IMG/VR virus record: IMGVR_UViG_3300045988_180880
Location: 1-64,000 of that record
Direction: 5' to 3' (one strand)
Origin: a virus
DNA: 64,000 nt
Part shown: in pieces, positions 1-7,729 of the stretch
How the letters are laid out: each line of letters starts with the position of its first letter
Numbering within the stretch: position 1 is the first letter of the stretch
Made by a program: the position numbers and the translations under genes
Notes under the pieces: model-generated
Seen by the model: the letters and a program-made list of their open reading frames with translations, nothing else
Told to the model about the DNA's origin: nothing
The model's database searches: none

Positions 1-365
1 CTAGTATATTATTTACTGTCAAGTATATCTTGCTTTATTAAATCTTATAATAATCAAGGATTTCTTTATATATTGGGTGTAGTTATGATTTTTATAATTA
101 AAGCACTTGAAGAAATAAAAAAAATGGTAATGGACCAAACTTATTTCGCAATCCACTACCTGACCTGATAAATATTCCAAAAAGTCGTACTTACTTTAAG
201 TTCAATTTATCTTAGCTAACCTTTATCGCTACAAGGGTATATCTTTTTGAAGTTCTAATAGTTAATTTCTTAACTATCATGAGTATTTCCCAAAGATAAT
301 AATTACAAATACCTTTATAGAATTTTACAGTGACCTTAGAGGTATATAAAATTTCTATCTTCTAC

Positions 366-376
366 CATATATAAGA
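366..376 (-). promoter_or_regulatory. recurrent promoter-like motif (minus strand reads TCTTATATATG, preceded by CCCCTGAAAT)
   Basis: Same extended word as at 17364 and 46611. No ORF of 60 aa or more lies downstream of it in the window. Confidence 0.4.
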
Positions 377-387
377 ATTTCAGGGGT

Positions 388-1470
388 TTAGAAATACCCA
401 AATTTTTGTAGATTATTTATTAATTCTTGTATATTATCATCTATCTTTTCTTTTTCCATGTTGTTCCAATTAACTCTATCATTTTGTTCTGGATTACCAA
501 ATATTCGAGTTATCCAATAGGGGATTTTAGTTCCTCTTATATTATCCCATCTAGATGTGTTTGTTTTTTCAGAAAGTGCCCATAATACTTCTTCTATTGT
601 ATATAACATAGATTGGTGAATATGTAATGATACTTTAAAAACAGATCTCATTATTCCTATTATATTATCTAGGAACATATTTAATTGATCTTTATTAGTA
701 AATACTCCAAAATTTCTCGAATCTATATTATAAATATCTCTCAAAGTTAGTATTATTCCTTTTCTAAACTTAAAATTATTATAACCTCCGATATATCTAT
801 AAAGTTTATCTATGAATTCTAAGGCTCCTTTATTACTAATGATAAAGTTATTAACAATTATATCAGAAAAATCAAACATATAGTTATTATATACATTTAA
901 TCCAGATAAACTACTATAACTATTTTTAATATTTTTCTTGATAGATTTATAGAATTTACCTCTTACTATAGTACTTTTTCCATATTCATAAAAACGATAT
1001 GTAGGAAGACCATATTTGAAGTACATATAAGTATCTCTAACTCTATCATCAATAGCTTTTTCATCATGAAAACTAGAATCAATTTCTACAATGAATTTCG
1101 CTTTATAAAAGAAATAATCAGAAAGTATATAATGTTTCTCCCAAAGTTCTGTTCGAGTTTTTGGAACTTTCTCTTTAGTTAATATTTCTTTCCAGAGCTC
1201 TCTATCCATTATTGGAACGGGAAATTCTTTTATATACTTTGTAAAATCTTTTTCTTGCGTTAATTCATTTTTTATTTTTTCTATATCTTCTTCAAACTTT
1301 TTTGAAAAACTACTTTCATTAGCGATAAGAGCATCTCTTCTATTTTTAATAATAGAGATGTGAGTGTTATCTTCTTTTAAAAGATACGTTGGAATGATAT
1401 ATCCTTGTTCAATCTCTTCTGCATAATATTTGCATCCCATAGCAAATATCTTAATTAGGTCTGTATTCAT
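388..1470 (-). CDS. DUF559/Vsr-like endonuclease-fold protein, possible free-standing homing endonuclease
   Basis: 360-aa ORF. The segment FIVEIDSSFHDEKAIDDRVRDTYMYFKYGLPTYRF fits the DUF559 pattern (hEhD..H....D..R...h...G..hhRF). Confidence 0.5.
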   Translation of the reverse strand: MNTDLIKIFAMGCKYYAEEIEQGYIIPTYLLKEDNTHISIIKNRRDALIANESSFSKKFEEDIEKIKNELTQEKDFTKYIKEFPVPIMDRELWKEILTKEKVPKTRTELWEKHYILSDYFFYKAKFIVEIDSSFHDEKAIDDRVRDTYMYFKYGLPTYRFYEYGKSTIVRGKFYKSIKKNIKNSYSSLSGLNVYNNYMFDFSDIIVNNFIISNKGALEFIDKLYRYIGGYNNFKFRKGIILTLRDIYNIDSRNFGVFTNKDQLNMFLDNIIGIMRSVFKVSLHIHQSMLYTIEEVLWALSEKTNTSRWDNIRGTKIPYWITRIFGNPEQNDRVNWNNMEKEKIDDNIQELINNLQKFGYF

Positions 1471-1517
1471 AAGTTATATTAATTTTATTTCTATTTATAA
1501 GGTTTAGACCTTAAGAG

Positions 1518-1528
1518 CCTTATATGTG
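1518..1528 (+). promoter_or_regulatory. recurrent promoter-like motif CCTTATATGTG
   Basis: 33 nt upstream of ATG 1562. Followed by the conserved leader AACTTAAAAGAAA, also seen at 34295 and 60286. Confidence 0.55.
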
Positions 1529-1561
1529 TAGTTTATTACATGAAAAACAAACTTAAAAGAA

Positions 1562-1768
1562 ATGAAAATTGAACAAGAATTAATCGATGAATCTTATAGA
1601 GGATTCGTAAGAAGAGACCTAGTAGATCTATACCAAAGATTTATAGGTGAAAGAAGTGGAGGAAAAGTACATAATTCATCATTATCTAATGAGATAACTC
1701 CTGGTAATGATGTAAATGTTAGTGAAAGATTTTTAAATAGACAGAAAAGGAGGGGATTAAATTACTAA
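1562..1768 (+). CDS. hypothetical protein
   Basis: 68-aa ORF directly downstream of a promoter motif. Confidence 0.5.
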   Translation: MKIEQELIDESYRGFVRRDLVDLYQRFIGERSGGKVHNSSLSNEITPGNDVNVSERFLNRQKRRGLNY

Positions 1769-1860
1769 GATTTCCGAAAACTATTCATATAATTAAAAGA
1801 TGTTATGAAGAAAGGTTTGGTGGTTTTATTGAATCTGTCTATACTATTGAATATGGAATT

Positions 1861-2043
1861 TTGCATTTAATGTACTTTGATGAGAATGTATTAATTGAAT
1901 TCTCTAAAACATTTCGATCTCTTGAGAATGATAATATAGATGTATTGAGAGAAAAACTCAGAACTGTATTATCTGGAAAAATTATAGGAGATAATAAATT
2001 CATTTCTGTAGATAGAATAGAAAACCTAAGAACCAGAAAATAA
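1861..2043 (+). CDS. hypothetical protein (start uncertain; first ATG at 1870)
   Basis: 60-aa ORF. Its frame is stop-free back to 1741 without an ATG. Followed by the hairpin at 2051-2077. Confidence 0.4.
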   Translation: MHLMYFDENVLIEFSKTFRSLENDNIDVLREKLRTVLSGKIIGDNKFISVDRIENLRTRK

Positions 2044-2050
2044 AAAAATT

Positions 2051-2077
2051 GAAGGAGACTTTTTACAGTTCTCCTTC
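2051..2077. terminator. bidirectional hairpin terminator
   Basis: GAAGGAGA-N11-TCTCCTTC flanked by A-run and T-run, between convergent ORFs. Confidence 0.65.
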
Positions 2078-2091
2078 TTTTATTTTTCTTC

Positions 2092-2646
2092 TTAGGACAT
2101 AAAATCTAGCTTTTTCGTTTTTACTAGATCTAAGTCATTAAATGGAGTACCTTCGATAAGATTTACTCCTGTTTGTTGTAAAATCCATCCAAGTCCGGTC
2201 AAGTTTCCATATTCATCTACTACAATCTTTTTATCCCATATTGTTAGTTTAGGGAAATATAATTTGTAGTCCGGGAAAATCATACTCCATTCATCTTCAT
2301 TTCCTTCTAAAAATTTATCTAGTTCAGGGTGAGTATTTATTTTTTTTGTTCTCCCATTCCATATCACATCAAAACACGGCCGAAGAATATATGGACAAAC
2401 TTCGACTCCCTGACACTCTCCTGGTTCTGATGTTCTAGAAATAACTTTACATTTATTTCTTACCAGAGTCATTATTTTGTCCATTGAGTAGTCGGCCGTA
2501 TTAATTATCACTATCTTTCCGGTTATATATGTTGGATTCTTTGGGTTAACGTGAATTAGACTACCTACCGAAGGATCTATCTCTTCTTGTAAGTAAATAG
2601 CCTCGATAAAAGCATCTAATCCATTCCCATAATATACGGAATTCAT
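2092..2646 (-). CDS. hypothetical protein
   Basis: 184-aa ORF with a 4-nt overlap with its upstream neighbour. Confidence 0.6.
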   Translation of the reverse strand: MNSVYYGNGLDAFIEAIYLQEEIDPSVGSLIHVNPKNPTYITGKIVIINTADYSMDKIMTLVRNKCKVISRTSEPGECQGVEVCPYILRPCFDVIWNGRTKKINTHPELDKFLEGNEDEWSMIFPDYKLYFPKLTIWDKKIVVDEYGNLTGLGWILQQTGVNLIEGTPFNDLDLVKTKKLDFMS

Positions 2647-2891
2647 TTTTTTATCTCCTTCCCTAGTAATATCCCAGCAAATTCAGTAAGATCTACATCC
2701 CTAACAAATACATCAACTGGCTTAATGAATATAACAGTCCTTTCTACTATTGTCCCATCTTCTCTTACTGCTGATACATTATATAGGTTTTTTGATATTT
2801 TAGGGAGAAATGATTCAGGTACATATTTCCAATCAATTGCCATAGCTTCATCATCAAACATCTCTGATACTAGGTATTTTTCTTGTTTCAT
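2643..2891 (-). CDS. hypothetical protein
   Basis: 82-aa ORF in the co-directional block. Confidence 0.55.
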   Translation of the reverse strand: MKQEKYLVSEMFDDEAMAIDWKYVPESFLPKISKNLYNVSAVREDGTIVERTVIFIKPVDVFVRDVDLTEFAGILLGKEIKK

Positions 2892-2903
2892 ATCTTATAT
2901 TTT

Positions 2904-4259
2904 TTAAAGTTGATTAATAATTTGTTCAGTATATGCTACCGGATCGAATTTCTTAAGCTCTTTCAATCTTGTCTTGAGCTCTTTTATACGATCCGAAGTA
3001 TCTTTATTTTTTCTAAGGTAACTGATAGGCTTTGACATAACAGAACTAACTATTTCCTGAGGCATTCTAAATACTTTCATAATCTCTTCGTCAGTTGCTT
3101 TTGGATTTTTGTTTAATATATAATCCGAAATTAATGGAATAGCCTCTAAAACCGCAATATCAAAAGTAGTTTTTTCTATCTTCTTCTGATTTACTTTTAC
3201 AATTAGATCTATGTAATTTTTATAAGTATAATCTAACCAATCATATAAACCAATTCGAAACATTGTGGATCCAGTAGTTACGTTTGTTGTGTAGTTTGTA
3301 GCACTATAGCAACACTTTCTTGCTAGATCTTCAATTTCTTCAATAGATATTCCTCTTGCTCCTGGAACTTTAGATATTACCATTTTAGGACCATTAATAT
3401 CAGTAAGATCTTCCATATATACTTTTCCTTCTTCTGCAAGTTTTTTAAACTTTTTAAAATTAGGTGTAAATAAGAAAGTATCTCCTTCAAATAATATTCC
3501 TGGATTACCAAAATTATCAGTTACTCTTGTTAATTTGTATGAATATATTACTCTACCTTTACCTGTTTTCCATAATCTATCAAGTTCTGAATTTTCTTTG
3601 TCAATTATTAAGTTTGCATTCGGTTCTAGGAGTAACGGGTTATTATTTATATAGGCTTGGTATAATGATTTCGGACTAAAATTCGGATAATCATTCTTAA
3701 CACCTATGCACAGACCAGTTACCGATGTTTTCATGTAAAGACAAAGAGGTATAGGAAGTGGAAGATAAGATATTTCCATTGGTCCTACTGGCGATTCTAC
3801 CATAGGAACCTCTTTCCATAATTCTCCAAGTACTCTATTGTATACATCTGAAACCATTTGTTTTGTATATCGAGGAGCGGCATACTGATTGTATACACCA
3901 TTTATTTCCGTATATCCCCATGAACCGTGACCTTCAAAAACTCCAGTATGTACGAGATTAGCATTAAGTTCTTCAATACCGGAAAGACTATGAGGATGAT
4001 AGTTTGCTACACTTGAAATTACTGTAGTACTAGGTATCATCTTCCCTTTTGGAAATTGAAGAGCTGAATATATTAATCTTCTATAACTAGGTTTACAACC
4101 ATCTTGTATAAATGCTGTATGTCTTTGATTATTAATATAATTACCAAAATCTAAAAAAGCATCTCTTGCTATTTCTCCAATAGCTTTTTGTTGAATTAAT
4201 TCTTCTTGTGTAATTTGTGGTAATTCTATTTCTTTCTTTTTTCTAGCCATATTATTCAA
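2904..4259 (-). CDS. type II DNA topoisomerase, DNA-cleavage (GyrA / T4 gp52-like) subunit
   Basis: DGCKPSYRRLIYSAL (GyrA DGLKPVHRRVLY), ANYHPHSLSG (YHPHGD), AAPRYTK (catalytic-Tyr RYTE motif). Confidence 0.85.
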   Translation of the reverse strand: MNNMARKKKEIELPQITQEELIQQKAIGEIARDAFLDFGNYINNQRHTAFIQDGCKPSYRRLIYSALQFPKGKMIPSTTVISSVANYHPHSLSGIEELNANLVHTGVFEGHGSWGYTEINGVYNQYAAPRYTKQMVSDVYNRVLGELWKEVPMVESPVGPMEISYLPLPIPLCLYMKTSVTGLCIGVKNDYPNFSPKSLYQAYINNNPLLLEPNANLIIDKENSELDRLWKTGKGRVIYSYKLTRVTDNFGNPGILFEGDTFLFTPNFKKFKKLAEEGKVYMEDLTDINGPKMVISKVPGARGISIEEIEDLARKCCYSATNYTTNVTTGSTMFRIGLYDWLDYTYKNYIDLIVKVNQKKIEKTTFDIAVLEAIPLISDYILNKNPKATDEEIMKVFRMPQEIVSSVMSKPISYLRKNKDTSDRIKELKTRLKELKKFDPVAYTEQIINQL

Positions 4260-4575
4260 TTATTCTAAATTCGTCTAAATTATACCAAAAATCTTCAGAT
4301 ACTCCTGCTTTTACTGAAATCGATTCTTCTGAATTAAGATTTGTTATTTTTATTGAGAAAGACATAATTCCTCCTCCAATTCCACTTTTAGATATAACTA
4401 CTGGTGGATATTCTAGAAGAATTAGGTCTCCTTGTTTAATATCTCTTATAAATTTTTCAAAAGTTTTACTCGTACTGTATCTCATTTCAATACATTTCAT
4501 TGAAATTACCTGAACTGTATATTTTACTGTAGGTAATTCTTGTATATTGAAATTTCCCATTTTAAATGTTTCCAT
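4252..4575 (-). CDS. hypothetical protein, member 3 of a three-gene tandem paralogue array
   Basis: Shares DLILLEYPP...KITNLNS...FW...FRIIE with the two upstream ORFs. Confidence 0.55.
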   Translation of the reverse strand: METFKMGNFNIQELPTVKYTVQVISMKCIEMRYSTSKTFEKFIRDIKQGDLILLEYPPVVISKSGIGGGIMSFSIKITNLNSEESISVKAGVSEDFWYNLDEFRIIE

Positions 4576-4909
4576 GATCTATTACTTGTATTTCTTTCAT
4601 AGCATCCCAAAACTCATTAATTGCACTTTCAGGAACTATTATTGATTTATTACTTCTAAGATTTGTTATCTTAGTTCTTACAGATTTCATTCCTGACTGT
4701 GAATTTCTTTTAAGAATAGGAGGAATTTCTAGAAGAATTATATCTTCTGGGTTAATTCCATCTAAAAATATTTCCCTTTTCTTATTATTTATGTAGTAAG
4801 TATTTTTATCCATCTTAGAAATTACTTTAATAAAATATTTCATTGTTGGTAATACATCCCTACTATTTTCAATACCATTAATTTTATAAATCTGTAAATC
4901 CATTATCAA
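4562..4909 (-). CDS. hypothetical protein, member 2 of a three-gene tandem paralogue array
   Basis: DIILLEIPP...KITNLRSNKS...EFW...IQVIDHG. Confidence 0.55.
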   Translation of the reverse strand: MIMDLQIYKINGIENSRDVLPTMKYFIKVISKMDKNTYYINNKKREIFLDGINPEDIILLEIPPILKRNSQSGMKSVRTKITNLRSNKSIIVPESAINEFWDAMKEIQVIDHGNI

Positions 4910-5228
4910 TTATTTTGAATTTCCCGAAATAATAATATAAGATATTTAATTCCAGAGTGCTAAATTTCATACTCTTTTTATTCTCTAAATTAGTAACTGT
5001 GACATATCCTTGAAGTAATAATGAATATGAAATCATTACTAAATCTCCTTCATTCAGATATAAGTTTATGAATTCTTTTTTCTCCTTATTCATTAACCTA
5101 TAAATTTCAGAATTTTTATTAGTTAATATTTTCTTAGCTCTATCACAACATATATTTTGTGGTTCACCAAGTAATATTACTATTTTAACTTCTGGAATAT
5201 TTGGATATTTATAAGTCTGTGAATCCAT
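4884..5228 (-). CDS. hypothetical protein, member 1 of a three-gene tandem paralogue array
   Basis: DLVMISY...VTNLENKKS...FKIIDNGFTDL. Its C-terminal GFTDL duplicates the C-terminus of the Toprim fragment upstream. Confidence 0.55.
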   Translation of the reverse strand: MDSQTYKYPNIPEVKIVILLGEPQNICCDRAKKILTNKNSEIYRLMNKEKKEFINLYLNEGDLVMISYSLLLQGYVTVTNLENKKSMKFSTLELNILYYYFGKFKIIDNGFTDL

Positions 5229-5913
5229 ATGGATTAGTTATAATTCCGGCATCAAATAATAGTTTTTTTCTTTCTTCAATATCTTCTGTCAGTTTCATAC
5301 TATAGTCGAAACCATCCGGAGTTACTTGAATTAATTTTCTAGTTGCCGGATTATAAAAGATATCATAAATATCTTCAGAATTAAAAGCTCCTAGACCTTT
5401 TCTGCGAAAAAATGGTTTACTCGGATCTAATCCTATCGGAAATATTCCATTATCTTGTAATGGATCTCCAGGATAGAACTTTTTATCACCTTGTTCAAAT
5501 ATTGGTGACATTATTTGATAAACCATTCCAAAATCTATCAAAAATCTTCCGAATTTTCCAAATAAATATAGAATTAATTTTTTTATCTGTTCGCCATCAG
5601 GGTCCGCATCAACTGCGATAACAATTTTACCATAACGGCTGTATTTTTTTATCAATTCATAAGCTTCTTCAAAAGATTTTGCATCCTTTGTTACGTTATT
5701 TACATCCATACCAAGTCCAATTACTTTGAATATAGTATGAATTTCTTTATTATCTAGTGCCTGATCTACAGTCTTATCTAGCACCGAAAGTATCTTACCT
5801 CTTAACGGGAGTACTGCGTGGAACTGAGTGTTATGTCTTCCACTTTTTAGTGATCCTGCTGGACTTAGCAATATGTTAATAATTCTATCAATTGATTCTT
5901 GATAGTTCAGCAT
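5209..5913 (-). CDS. type II topoisomerase ATPase-subunit (GyrB/gp39-like), C-terminal Toprim fragment
   Basis: SPAGSLKSGRH..HAVLPLRGKILSV (DSAGGSAKQGRDR..LPLRGKILNV) and IAVDADPDGEQI (DxDxD). The conserved part begins at about codon 16. Confidence 0.85.
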   Translation of the reverse strand: MLNYQESIDRIINILLSPAGSLKSGRHNTQFHAVLPLRGKILSVLDKTVDQALDNKEIHTIFKVIGLGMDVNNVTKDAKSFEEAYELIKKYSRYGKIVIAVDADPDGEQIKKLILYLFGKFGRFLIDFGMVYQIMSPIFEQGDKKFYPGDPLQDNGIFPIGLDPSKPFFRRKGLGAFNSEDIYDIFYNPATRKLIQVTPDGFDYSMKLTEDIEERKKLLFDAGIITNPYGFTDL

Positions 5914-6080
5914 ATATTTTTATCTATTTTATTATAGATAGTGAATACAGTATGCGTTACATCAAAGAATTTATCTTTGACTCGGTATTAGATTTACTTA
6001 GGATATTTTTTCTCTAAGGTCTTTCACCGAATTTACTCACTTATAATTTAAGACATTTCTGATTTAAACGGCCTAATTTG
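5869..6080 (-). other. intervening sequence splitting the Toprim ELxLxEG|DSAGG motif (candidate compact self-splicing intron)
   Basis: The upstream ORF reads ...CELFLCEG then QIRPFKSEMS-stop. Homology resumes at LSPAGS. Joining 6081 to 5868 is in frame, with U before the 5' junction and G (uuG) before the 3' junction. Confidence 0.45.
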
Positions 6081-7100
6081 ACCTTCACAGAGGAATAATT
6101 CACAATCCCATCTGTTTTTTCCAGTTGCGTCACTAAAACCCTCTATTAATTCAACCCTTGACTTAAACATATTTCTTCCCTGAGCATCATCAATCATTTT
6201 TTGCGCTTTTTCAGCTGCCGAGAATGATCTCATTGAATTATAAATAGTATTCAATCTATCTACATGTTCTTGCCAATAGTCAGGGTTAGATCTAAATATT
6301 TTTATGAATTCTTTTACTAATGCTCCTGTGAAATCCGATTGTTTTACTTTCCCAATAGATTTTAATCGTACTTTAGTTTGACTATCGAACGATATTACCT
6401 CTGCCAGGAGCACAACACATGATTTAAAACCATTCATAGTGTATTTATGAGTAATTTTATACTCAGCTCTAATTGCTTGGTCAAAACATGCTTCTATATA
6501 ATTTAAATGTTGTCCCGTATTTACTACAAGACCGTTCACACTACCATAACTACTTTTATTAGACATCTCAGGATCTACATCAAAATATATTAAAACTTTT
6601 ACTTCTGAATTTTTACTTGTATCTTCAGGAATAATAGTTTTAATAATTTTGTATTTATAAATATCAAGATCTGCAGCTGTCATATTTTTTCCATTTGCAA
6701 TAACAGTTACTTTTCTTTTATAAAATTCCTTCATTATAAGAAGAAAATAGTTTAAGTTATCATATGGAATAACAACTCTAGGGTCAGGAACATATGTAGT
6801 ACCTAGTTTGAATAAAACTATAGTACTCATTCCTGTTGGTAAATTCACGCCAAGTTTTTTATTTACATCAGAAAGTTTCATAGCACCTTCAAAAGTAAGA
6901 TTACCGTAATTCTCATATACAACTATATAGAATAGATCTTTTTTACTTCTAGGTCCTTGTGATTCCCAAAGTTGTTTTACTTCTGGAATAGATTTATCAT
7001 AATTATCTTGTGTAATCTTTGATAATAAAATATATTGTTCAGAAAGGGCACAGGTACAAGCACTTCCTACACCGTGCAAGTTTTCTATGATTTTCATCAT
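6048..7100 (-). CDS. type II topoisomerase ATPase-subunit, middle fragment (ATP-lid G2 motif plus transducer)
   Basis: NLHGVGSACTCALS (GGLHGVGasvvNALS), FDSQTKVRLKS (QTK loop), and it ends in ELFLCEG (Toprim Glu). Confidence 0.8.
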   Translation of the reverse strand: MMKIIENLHGVGSACTCALSEQYILLSKITQDNYDKSIPEVKQLWESQGPRSKKDLFYIVVYENYGNLTFEGAMKLSDVNKKLGVNLPTGMSTIVLFKLGTTYVPDPRVVIPYDNLNYFLLIMKEFYKRKVTVIANGKNMTAADLDIYKYKIIKTIIPEDTSKNSEVKVLIYFDVDPEMSNKSSYGSVNGLVVNTGQHLNYIEACFDQAIRAEYKITHKYTMNGFKSCVVLLAEVISFDSQTKVRLKSIGKVKQSDFTGALVKEFIKIFRSNPDYWQEHVDRLNTIYNSMRSFSAAEKAQKMIDDAQGRNMFKSRVELIEGFSDATGKNRWDCELFLCEGQIRPFKSEMS

Positions 7101-7259
7101 AAGTTTAGACTATCTCATCTAAAAGTTCAGTTCTGTACTTAGTCGTTAAACAATAAAATAATTTTTTATTGCTTGGTATTAGATTATTATATCTTTCACC
7201 AATTTTTGCAGAATTTTCTTAGGAAACATTTCCTAAGCCGCCATCTGACGGCCAATGTG
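7077..7259 (-). other. intervening sequence splitting the GHKL ATPase between LNSGSKF and LHGVG (candidate compact intron)
   Basis: The N-terminal ORF leaves homology after ...GKGDDTGA and ends AHIGRQMAA-TAG. Homology resumes at (L)HGVGSA. Joining 7260 to 7076 is in frame, with U and G at the junctions. The 20-nt palindrome at 7218-7237 contains the TAG. Confidence 0.4.
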
Positions 7260-7628
7260 AGCGCCTGTATCGTCCCCCTTCCCATTAAATTTACTTCCAG
7301 AGTTTAATGTACTTATAGATAAATGTGCCATAGTTTTTCCAGGTATCTCACTCATTCTTAGTGGAATACCCCAGCTATTATCTGCTACTAGATTAAATCC
7401 ATTATAATTTTCTGTATCTACTATGATTGTTGTTGCATCAGGATTATCGTAAAGTACATCTATTGCATTATCTATAATTTCTCGAAAAGCATTACATGCA
7501 CCTTCACAAGGTTTTCCTGATGGATCTGGAGCAAGAGATCCTAACATGTAATCCGGATTAGTTAATACATTTTCCGGCCATTGTAATAATCTAATATCTC
7601 CAGGTCCTTTTTTCTTATTTTCTTCCAT
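7233..7628 (-). CDS. type II topoisomerase ATPase-subunit, N-terminal GHKL fragment
   Basis: REIIDNAIDV (N box), ADNSWGIP (G1 DxGxG), LNSGSKF (LHAGGKF). Confidence 0.8.
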   Translation of the reverse strand: MEENKKKGPGDIRLLQWPENVLTNPDYMLGSLAPDPSGKPCEGACNAFREIIDNAIDVLYDNPDATTIIVDTENYNGFNLVADNSWGIPLRMSEIPGKTMAHLSISTLNSGSKFNGKGDDTGAHIGRQMAA

Positions 7629-7691
7629 AAATAAAATTTAGTTTATTAAAAAATTTAATATTAATTAAATATGTTTTCATTTATAAATAGT

Positions 7692-7718
7692 GGGAAGACA
7701 ACACAATAATATCTTCCC
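7692..7718 (-). terminator. hairpin terminator downstream of the HNH gene
   Basis: GGGAAGA-N13-TCTTCCC. Confidence 0.5.
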
Positions 7719-7729
7719 ATCTATAAGGT

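Noticed and set aside
7218-7237. A hairpin containing the TAG stop at the end of the first topoisomerase fragment resembles the take-off site of T4 gene 60 translational bypassing, which is also in a topoisomerase gene.
   Set aside because: The reading frame has already left GyrB homology nine codons before the stop (AHIGRQMAA). The gap to the next conserved motif is about 150-180 nt rather than about 50. The only matching GCU landing codon lies after the LHGVGS motif that must be retained. An RNA-level intervening sequence or true gene fission fits better.
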